From: an uncultured archaeon
GTDB lineage: Archaea; Micrarchaeota; Micrarchaeia; Micrarchaeales; CABMGC01
Direction of reading: 5' to 3'
Assembly (NCBI GenBank): GCA_963704435.1
Contig: OY969902.1
Span: 330,001-362,000 of the forward strand
Length of the DNA: 32,000 bases
Both the position numbers and the translations under genes were made by a program. Numbering within the stretch: the stretch's first letter is position 1; every line of letters begins with the position of its first letter. The notes under the pieces were generated by a model, which was not told the DNA's origin, searched no databases, and saw only the letters and a list, made by a program, of their open reading frames with translations. Shown one piece after another: positions 1 to 6,561 of this stretch.

Positions 1-350
1 GCATAGGAGGAGGTGCAGGCGAGGTATTGGTCCCCCCTGCTGCTCTGCGTCGCTCCGAAGCCGGAGATGACTATGTTTCCCGAAGGCGCGACCATGTTGG
101 AGACCACGACGGTAGTGACCCCGTTTGAGGTAGTAAACGGGATTATTCCGCCAGCGTAGGGCGACGCGGTGCAGTTGCCCTGGCCCCAGCAATACGGGTT
201 GTAGGCACCTATCTGAAAGGAACCGCTGAGGCCTCCCGGAAGGCCGATTATGCTGAACGTAAGGCTGTTATTCGGTATGGTATTCGATCCGGCGGCCATG
301 CCTGCCATGAGGAGCAGGGCCAGGATAAGGAACCGCCGCGAGATGTTCAT
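1..350 (-). CDS. Secreted hypothetical protein, N-terminal part only (gene runs off the left edge)
   Basis: Not in the ORF track because there is no stop in the window. The reverse-strand ATG at 350..348 opens a frame with no stop down to position 1: MNISRRFLILALLLMAGMAAGSNTIPNNSLTFSIIGLPGG... An RR pair plus a hydrophobic core indicates a signal peptide, possibly Tat-like. Its ATG overlaps the TGA of the upstream ORF (ATGA at 350..347). Confidence 0.5.
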   Translation of the reverse strand, partial: MNISRRFLILALLLMAGMAAGSNTIPNNSLTFSIIGLPGGLSGSFQIGAYNPYCWGQGNCTASPYAGGIIPFTTSNGVTTVVVSNMVAPSGNIVISGFGATQSSRGDQYLACTSSY

Positions 351-679
351 ACGCTCACCGCCAAAGTGCGGGCCCGCAGCTCCGCCGCCGCCTGCCGCAT
401 TTTCAAGACTAATGGCCGCAACAAGGCCACGAGCTGGCTGTCCTTCACCAAGACCAGCGAGTTGCCCTCGCAGATTCCGACGAGGGAGCGTTCGCCATTG
501 AGGGCCAGCTTATCCCGGAGCGTACAAGGGATATAGAGGAATAGAGCACCGTTCTTGCTTTCGACGCGGCAGAGATCGAGAGTCGGCCCTATCCCGAATC
601 CTTTTAATAGGCGGGTGAGCCTTTCCTCATTAGCTGGACTGTTGGGGGCGTTTGCAGCGCCCTCCGATTCCTTTTTCAT
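347..679 (-). CDS. Small hypothetical protein, possible SpoVT/AbrB-like DNA-binding segment
   Basis: 110 aa ORF. The segment FLYIPCTLRDKLALNGERSLVGICEGNSLVLVKD resembles the AbrB/MazE looped-hinge pattern (x-IP-x-x-R-x-x-L-x-L-x-x-G-x-x-L). It is start/stop coupled on both sides (ATGA at 679..676 and 350..347). Confidence 0.45.
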   Translation of the reverse strand: MKKESEGAANAPNSPANEERLTRLLKGFGIGPTLDLCRVESKNGALFLYIPCTLRDKLALNGERSLVGICEGNSLVLVKDSQLVALLRPLVLKMRQAAAELRARTLAVSV

Positions 680-960
680 GGCGCTTTCACCTCATCGCTC
701 TCCGACTTGGGCTGTTTCTTGACCAAAGCGCGGTACCACAGCAGAAGCTGCTCGGCGGGGGTTGGCTGGCCGGTCATCGAATTACCCCGAGGGCGTTGCC
801 GAGCAAGAATCGAACCAATGAGGAACGCGATCGCTCTGTCTTTTTGGCTTCGGCATCCAGTCTTTTCTTCAATGCCGTCGACATTACGATAATTACGCGC
901 TCTTCCTGTGCTTCTCGCATCCGACTCTCCTTTGTATGTCAGTATTATGTGCCGAAGCAT
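676..960 (-). CDS. Hypothetical small ORF, first gene of the coupled operon (start uncertain)
   Basis: 94 aa ORF whose TGA overlaps the next ATG. There are no recognisable motifs. Competing plus-strand ORFs (652..972, 707..892) cover the same GC-rich DNA, so support is weak. An internal Met (MTGQPTPAEQLLLWYRALVKKQ) is an alternative start. Confidence 0.2.
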   Translation of the reverse strand: MLRHIILTYKGESDARSTGRARNYRNVDGIEEKTGCRSQKDRAIAFLIGSILARQRPRGNSMTGQPTPAEQLLLWYRALVKKQPKSESDEVKAP

Positions 961-1012
961 ATATTAAAATAATAAAACCTAAGTAATTATACGACTATAA
1001 GAGGTAATTTAC

Positions 1013-1990
1013 TTGTATAATTCAAAAGGCGCGAATCTGGCCAATGCATCGATATCGAGAATCTGCCTTGTGCTCCTATCCCATCTTGACGAACCGATAC
1101 CGATAAAGCAAATAACCGAAGAAGTCTACGCCGATGCTCGTACTGGCTACAGAGCAATGCCTAATCGAGAGAAAAATAAAGCAGGTCGCAAACGCAACTC
1201 AGGCGAATTCTTCAAAGCAAATTACCAGGAAGTTCACCAATGTTGTGCGGACCTAAAAAAGCAGGGGCTCATAGAAATAACCAAATCAGATAAAGATGGA
1301 AGGCAATCGCTCGTTAAGCTCAATCTGAAAGGCCTTCTCACAAAAATCTTCGGGCCAAGAACCAATAAAAAATCACTCGTTGTGCTAAATAAATCTCTAT
1401 CGCCTATTGAAGAATGGAACCACATAATTGCAAATATTAAAAGCGCCATACTTGGAACTAAATCTCTTATGAAAACGCGCTCTGATTATATCGCTGCAAT
1501 TAAAAAAAGCGGTGGGAGCGAATACGAACGAAATATTGCTTTGCCTGAGAAGGAAAAAGAAATGCAAAAATACGCTAAAGAGCTAACGCAAAAAGAACAA
1601 AGATTAAGGAGTATGCAAAACGATTTGGCAGAGGCAAAGGCCATAGGGAAGTCCTCTGCATTCAGTCTAAATGATTCCGAAATAAATTTTCTTTTGAAAA
1701 GACTTGACTGCACCAATTTGAAAAGAGAATTCAATTGGCTTAGAAAAGGAGGAATGCTTAATTACCTGAATGGCAATTCGAACATTATCAAAATTCTCGT
1801 TGCCGTAATTAAAAGATTAGACTTACCAGGTTCTTGCTATGGTGACTATCACATATCGCTCAAACTACTTGGAATTGACGGAACAGATACTGCGCCAATA
1901 ACTGAAAACGTTCTACTTTCCTTTATTTGGAAAAGTGGTCTTCCCGATGTCGTAGAATTTTACGATAAATTCTATTGGAAAGCGCGGTGA
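1013..1990 (+). CDS. AT-rich hypothetical protein with N-terminal winged-helix-like region (integrated-element cargo)
   Basis: 325 aa ORF with a TTG start at 1013 and no upstream ATG. The N-terminal 110 aa (SRICLVLLSHLDEPIPIKQITEEV...LKKQGLIEITKSDKDGRQSLVKLNLKG) has a MarR/wHTH-like helix-turn-helix plus wing pattern. Composition is much more AT-rich than the flanks. It lies directly next to the integrase. Confidence 0.6.
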   Translation: MYNSKGANLANASISRICLVLLSHLDEPIPIKQITEEVYADARTGYRAMPNREKNKAGRKRNSGEFFKANYQEVHQCCADLKKQGLIEITKSDKDGRQSLVKLNLKGLLTKIFGPRTNKKSLVVLNKSLSPIEEWNHIIANIKSAILGTKSLMKTRSDYIAAIKKSGGSEYERNIALPEKEKEMQKYAKELTQKEQRLRSMQNDLAEAKAIGKSSAFSLNDSEINFLLKRLDCTNLKREFNWLRKGGMLNYLNGNSNIIKILVAVIKRLDLPGSCYGDYHISLKLLGIDGTDTAPITENVLLSFIWKSGLPDVVEFYDKFYWKAR

Positions 1991-1991
1991 A

Positions 1992-3224
1992 TCATTTTTC
2001 CAAAACCTTCATCACGTTCTCCTTCGTCTTGGCGTCCAGCCTCTCCAATAGCAGATTGAAGGCCGCCTTCATGTCATGCAGCTCGCTCCGTAAGCTCTCG
2101 TAGTCGTCCAGTTGCTCGTAGGGTGTCTTATCCAGCGAGCTCGCGCAGTTTATGCAGAAGTGCGCGGTGGGTTCATTTGCGGCATGGCACTTGTAGCACA
2201 GTTTCGCGGTCAGCTTCGGCTTCTCAGGTTCGCCGTTCTGCTTCATGCCCATCGCCCTGAAGAAGTCCTCCTCGACCTGGGCCGTCGACAGCTTACCGTA
2301 ATGCCCTACCATCTTCTCATTCTTCCAGCCGAAGAACTTGACCATCGCGCTTGTCGACATGCCATGTGAAATAAGGTAGGTGCAGCGGGAATACCTCAGA
2401 ACGTGGGCATGGAGGCGCTTTTCGAGGCCGCTGCGCCTTTTCAGGTCCACCAGTAGGGTCTTGACATTCGGATAGTCCATAGCCTGCTGCGTCGGTTCAT
2501 TGTGCCTTATGGTCACAAAGAGCGGGGCCTCGCTCGCAGCCCCCCTCCGCCACTCATTGACGTACCTGGTCAGCGCGGGCACTGAGACCGAGAGGGGCGT
2601 TATCCTGGTTCCGGTCTTCCCGGTGAGTATGATGCGGCTCGGCCCTTTGGATGAGAGGGTCAGGTCCTTCATGCGCAGGTTGAGGACCTCTCCGATCCTT
2701 GCTCCGGTGTCCCATAAAAGGCAGATCAGCGCCCTGTCCCTGACGTTCCTGCATGCGGTCAGCAGTCTCTCTATATCGGTCTCGTCCAGCATCTCCGTCG
2801 GCAGCTTCGCGTTCGTCGCGTTCATGTCCAGCTTGACCCATCCGACGAGCGCATCAGCCTTGGAATCCAGCAGCCACCTCACGAACTGCTTGAAGGTCAG
2901 CTTTATCCGCGCCTTAGAGTAGGAGTTCAGGTCCCTGTCAAGCGACTTGCCCTCGGCGGTCATGGCCTTCAGCCTGTTCACCCTTCGGACTATCTCCTCG
3001 ACGTCCTCTTTGGTAAGCGCCTTGAAGTCCTTGCAGACCCCGAGGCCGCATACCGTGCGCAGCTCGAAGAGCCTCTTGTACCGCGTCCGGTCTTTCCTGC
3101 CGTTCAGGGATAAAAAGTCCTCATACTTTAGGAGGTATGCCCTGTTCGGCTCGCTTACGCCCTTTTCTATATGCTGGAGCTCCGACTTGAGGATGCAGGG
3201 CCCGTTCTCCAGGTACTTTGCCAT
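1992..3224 (-). CDS. Tyrosine recombinase/integrase with C-terminal zinc ribbon and coiled-coil tail
   Basis: Catalytic pattern visible: DTGARIGEVLNLRMKDL (Arg), HAHVLRYSRCTYL (H-x-x-R), FGWKNEKMVGHYGKL (W...Y). C-terminal CYKCHAANEPTAHFCINC is a CxxC...CxxC motif at 2145..2198. The ORF track extends to 3353, but that extension overlaps tRNA-Cys; the Met at 3224 (MAKYLENG...) is the likely start. Confidence 0.9.
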   Translation of the reverse strand: MAKYLENGPCILKSELQHIEKGVSEPNRAYLLKYEDFLSLNGRKDRTRYKRLFELRTVCGLGVCKDFKALTKEDVEEIVRRVNRLKAMTAEGKSLDRDLNSYSKARIKLTFKQFVRWLLDSKADALVGWVKLDMNATNAKLPTEMLDETDIERLLTACRNVRDRALICLLWDTGARIGEVLNLRMKDLTLSSKGPSRIILTGKTGTRITPLSVSVPALTRYVNEWRRGAASEAPLFVTIRHNEPTQQAMDYPNVKTLLVDLKRRSGLEKRLHAHVLRYSRCTYLISHGMSTSAMVKFFGWKNEKMVGHYGKLSTAQVEEDFFRAMGMKQNGEPEKPKLTAKLCYKCHAANEPTAHFCINCASSLDKTPYEQLDDYESLRSELHDMKAAFNLLLERLDAKTKENVMKVLEK

Positions 3225-3288
3225 GCTTCTAATCTGGCCCGAGGGCGGTATTTCAATCTTTCGGGGTAATGGTAAGCTTGACTGCGGT

Positions 3289-3359
3289 AGCCAGGGAAGG
3301 GAGTTGAACCCCTCTTTTCCGCTCTGCAGGCGGACGCATAGCCGATCTGCCACCCTGGC
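3289..3359 (-). tRNA. tRNA-Cys (anticodon GCA)
   Basis: Cloverleaf folded by hand from the reverse strand: acceptor GCCAGGG/CCCTGGC, D-stem GCAG/ATGC (one G-A mismatch), anticodon stem TCCGC/GCGGA with loop CTGCAGA, T-stem AGGGG/CCCTT with loop TTCAACT, discriminator U73 (typical of tRNA-Cys). No encoded CCA. Confidence 0.85.
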
Positions 3360-3433
3360 GGGCGCATATCATCATCTTTAATAAACGAACATTTAAAAAC
3401 AGTTGAAGGCAATTAAGACCGAAGGTAATTTTG

Positions 3434-4585
3434 ATGTCGACACTTTACGAGCCGCTGCCAAAGGAGTTTGTTTCCAAGACTGCATCTTTCGACTACAAGA
3501 CGCCCATGACGCAGGCGCTTGACGGGATAAGCCAGTTCGGCGCGGTCATAGTCGTCAAGGACAAGGAGTATTTCGGCATCGCGGACGGGAGGGCAGTCTC
3601 GAGGAAGGGCTCCGACAGATCCCTGAAGTTCGCGAAGACCCTGCCTGTCGGCAGGTTCGCGAGAAAGCTGCCCGTGCTCGGCCCAGACGTTTCTGTGGGC
3701 AGGACGATAAGCTATTTCCACGAGTTCTCGGCAAAGGCTTTCCCATACCGGGACGCAGGAGGCATAACGGGCATAGTGAAGAGGGATGTGGTCCTCAGGT
3801 CGATAATCTCGCTCCACCTTCTGTCCAAGTCGGTCGTCGGGGACGCGATGTCGACCCCGGTGCTCGCGATAGACGCTGGCGCAAGCCTGTCGCAGGCCAT
3901 GAGCGTGATGTCGCAGAACAAGATAACGCGGCTCATCGTGGTTGACGGGGGGAAGCCCTTCGGACTGATAACGCACAAGGACATATACTCCAATTTCGCC
4001 AGGGCGGATTCGCGGCATCCCGAGCTCACGCCTGAGCCGCGCTCTCTCTCCGACGTGACCGTGAGGCAGGTCGCAAGGACCGAGACGCACTCGATAGACT
4101 ATCAGAGCCCGCTGGAGGACGCGATAAGGAGCCTGCTCGCCAAGGGCATATCCTCGCTCATAGTCACCAGGAATGGAAGGCCCGTCGGGATGCTCTCCAT
4201 TAGGGACGTCTTCGAGCTTGCGGCGTCGAGCATAGAGAAGGTGCGCAGCAGGGTTATCGTCACTGGCATAGACGACAGCACGGTGGGCTACGAGCAGGAC
4301 ATAGAGAACGAGGCCAACAGGATGATAGACAGGATGGACAAGTTCGGCAGGCTGGGAATAAGCTACGCCGCGATAAACGTCAACAGGGTCAAGGAGAGGG
4401 GCTACGAGCTAAAGGCCAGACTGGGCTTCGAGAGGAAGGGCGTGATGTACGCGACGGCCACCGGATACGGCATCGAGGCCACGCTGACCGCGCTGCTGGA
4501 CAGCCTGTTCAAGCAGGTCAAGGAGAAGAAGGAGATGGGTGTGAGCCTCAGGAAGGGCTCCGAGAGATACTATGGCGAGAAATAG
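3434..4585 (+). CDS. CBS-domain protein (four CBS motifs) with C-terminal HPF/RaiA-like module
   Basis: The track start at 3431 is TTG; ATG is at 3434. CBS motifs include VVGDAMSTPVLAIDAGASLSQAMSVMSQNKITRLIVVDGGKPFGLITHKDI and VRQVARTETHSIDYQSPLEDAIRSLLAKGISSLIVTRNGRPVGMLSIRDVFE, plus two degenerate N-terminal ones. The C-terminal 94 aa (4253..4534) follows the HPF/YfiA pattern (see findings). Confidence 0.85.
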   Translation: MSTLYEPLPKEFVSKTASFDYKTPMTQALDGISQFGAVIVVKDKEYFGIADGRAVSRKGSDRSLKFAKTLPVGRFARKLPVLGPDVSVGRTISYFHEFSAKAFPYRDAGGITGIVKRDVVLRSIISLHLLSKSVVGDAMSTPVLAIDAGASLSQAMSVMSQNKITRLIVVDGGKPFGLITHKDIYSNFARADSRHPELTPEPRSLSDVTVRQVARTETHSIDYQSPLEDAIRSLLAKGISSLIVTRNGRPVGMLSIRDVFELAASSIEKVRSRVIVTGIDDSTVGYEQDIENEANRMIDRMDKFGRLGISYAAINVNRVKERGYELKARLGFERKGVMYATATGYGIEATLTALLDSLFKQVKEKKEMGVSLRKGSERYYGEK

Positions 4586-5051
4586 GAACGGGAGCAGGAG
4601 GCTGCAGTCGAGCTTCGAGCTCCTCGTGACGCTGTCGCTCGGCCTTGCGATACTCATGCCGATAGTGGTGATAGCGTTCGTGCAGCTCTCCGCGTCGTCA
4701 TCGTCGCTCTCTGCGATAGAGTCCCAGCAGGCCGCGAGCAAGCTCGCGAGCGTCGCAGTCCTCGTGGGGAGCCAGGGCGCCCCTGCGAAGCAGCTGGTGC
4801 AGATATCAGTCCCTCCAAACGTGAGGTACATCTACATAGGCAACGCAAACAACACCGTGGGCCACGAGGTGATATTCGTCGTCGCATCCTCATCGGGCCC
4901 TAGCTACGTCACCGCGTACACGCCCGTGAACGTCAGCGGCAGCCTCGGGAGCCTGGCCTCGGCAGGGACGTACCTTGTGAACGTGACCGCGCAGTCCTCA
5001 TGCCCCACGAACACGCTGCTGGCGTGCGTCTATATGTCCTCGAAACCATGA
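4572..5051 (+). CDS. Small pilin-like protein with class III signal peptide
   Basis: 159 aa. The N-terminus MARNRNGSRRLQSSFELLVTLSLGLAILMPIVVIAF has a basic stretch, then Q-S-S-F-E (Glu at +5 if cleaved before Q), then about 20 hydrophobic residues. The remainder is Ser/Thr/Val-rich with N-x-S/T sequons. Overlaps the CBS gene by 14 nt. Confidence 0.7.
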   Translation: MARNRNGSRRLQSSFELLVTLSLGLAILMPIVVIAFVQLSASSSSLSAIESQQAASKLASVAVLVGSQGAPAKQLVQISVPPNVRYIYIGNANNTVGHEVIFVVASSSGPSYVTAYTPVNVSGSLGSLASAGTYLVNVTAQSSCPTNTLLACVYMSSKP

Positions 5052-5165
5052 TCTACTGTCAGATATGTGAAATGGGTGACAGTCAGATAGTGAGCAATTG
5101 CCCATCTTGGCTAGTTGTTTAAAATATCCCTGCTAAAATGAAATAAATTTAGATTTAGTAGGGTT

Positions 5166-5177
5166 AAATTTAAATAT
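5166..5177 (+). promoter_or_regulatory. TATA-like box upstream of the AAA+ gene
   Basis: The sequence aaatttaaatat is centred about 26 nt upstream of the ATG at 5198, spacing typical of an archaeal promoter driving a leaderless or short-leader mRNA. Confidence 0.35.
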
Positions 5178-5197
5178 CTTAAGGTGCAATTCACAGC

Positions 5198-6457
5198 ATG
5201 GAGAATATCATTCCAAGAGAACTGGAAGCGAAAATTTTAAGATTTGCCAAGGATAAGGAGATTATAATCATAAGGGGGCCGCGCCAAGCTGGCAAAACAA
5301 CATTGCTGAAGCTGATAGCTGAGACCGTAAAATCAGAGAAGGTTTTCATCGATTTGGACATTCCAGAGAATAGAAACGCCCTTGCAGACTCCCCTATGGA
5401 TTTCATAGATCGGTTTGGGAAGGGCAGAAAGCTAACTTTGTTTCTAGATGAAGTCCAGCGCGTCACCGACGCTGGGGAAAAACTGAAAATAATATACGAC
5501 CAGTTCGCGGACAAGGGCGTAAAGGTGTTCGCTTCGGGTTCGTCCTCATTAGATATCAAGACGAATGTGCTTGGTTTTCTAGTTGGTAGAGCATTAATAT
5601 TTGACCTTCTTACTCTCGGATTCGGGGAATTCCTGAACTACAAAGACGAAGGCCTTTTCAACATATTCAAAATGCGGAACGACGAAGTAATGGGCTTCAT
5701 AGCGCAAGGCAATCCGATAAAGAAGCCTGCATTCACGTCCGAGATCCTAAAGTATTGGAAAGAGTACGTCTTGTTCGGAGGTTATCCGGCGGTAGTAAAG
5801 ACCAGAAGTGCCGAGGACAAAAAGATCAGGCTGAAAAACATATACGGCACATACATAGAGAAGGACATTGTCTCTTTTTTTGGGATAGGGAAGTCCTCGC
5901 TTTTTGAGGATTTTGTTGTAGCTTTGTCATTCAACACCGCAAACAGCCTTACTCTCTCATCGGTTGCCGCGGACTCAGGCATAACCCACTACGCCGCGAA
6001 AGAGTTCCTCAATATCTTGGTCGGTACGTACGTCATTGGAATCCTAAGGCCATACTATCGCAATGCCACCACTGCGATAAAGAAAGCGCCGAAGGTGTAT
6101 TTTATTGACCTTGGCCTTAGGAACGCCGCAATCGGAAACTACTCTGTCTTCGATAAGCGTGATGATAGGGGCAAGATCGGAGAGAATTTCGTATACAGGG
6201 AACTCATAGGGATGGGTTATGAGATAAACTACTGGCGCACAAAAAGTGGCGCAGAGGTGGATTTTCTAATAAAAATCGAACAGGGCATCATTCCGGTGGA
6301 GGTAAAGCTGGGCGGAGCGCGAACACTTGGCAAAAGTTTCTACAGCTTCATAGAGCGATATAAACCCAAAAGGGCGCTTATCGTGACGCTAGACCATTTT
6401 GGAAAGGAAAAAATAGGGGGTACTGAAGTATATTGGGTGCCGATATTCTACCTCTAG
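5198..6457 (+). CDS. AAA+ ATPase with C-terminal PD-(D/E)xK-like domain (COG1373/DUF4143-type architecture)
   Basis: Walker A IIIIRGPRQAGKTTLLK and Walker B LTLFLDEVQ. The C-terminal YWRTKSGAEVDFLIKIEQGIIPVEVKLG fits a D...E-x-K nuclease-fold motif. The gene and its flanks are clearly more AT-rich than the neighbouring pilin genes. Confidence 0.9.
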   Translation: MENIIPRELEAKILRFAKDKEIIIIRGPRQAGKTTLLKLIAETVKSEKVFIDLDIPENRNALADSPMDFIDRFGKGRKLTLFLDEVQRVTDAGEKLKIIYDQFADKGVKVFASGSSSLDIKTNVLGFLVGRALIFDLLTLGFGEFLNYKDEGLFNIFKMRNDEVMGFIAQGNPIKKPAFTSEILKYWKEYVLFGGYPAVVKTRSAEDKKIRLKNIYGTYIEKDIVSFFGIGKSSLFEDFVVALSFNTANSLTLSSVAADSGITHYAAKEFLNILVGTYVIGILRPYYRNATTAIKKAPKVYFIDLGLRNAAIGNYSVFDKRDDRGKIGENFVYRELIGMGYEINYWRTKSGAEVDFLIKIEQGIIPVEVKLGGARTLGKSFYSFIERYKPKRALIVTLDHFGKEKIGGTEVYWVPIFYL

Positions 6458-6561
6458 CGTGTTTCAGGCATCATAAGCAGGTTAGCGGTTGTGTGTAACC
6501 GCCCGCATGATGGGCCGCAAAAACGTTTAAGAGCGTGTCCATCGATATTGAGCTGAGTTTG

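Noticed and set aside
3225-3353. N-terminal 43 aa extension of the integrase ORF (track start 3353)
   Set aside because: The extension overlaps tRNA-Cys (3289..3359) on the same strand and translates to non-integrase-like sequence. The Met at 3224 gives a normal integrase N-terminus.
3413-4090. 225 aa minus-strand ORF and other antisense ORFs over the CBS gene
   Set aside because: The composition is Arg/Leu/Pro-rich with no motifs. The plus frame has clear CBS repeats.
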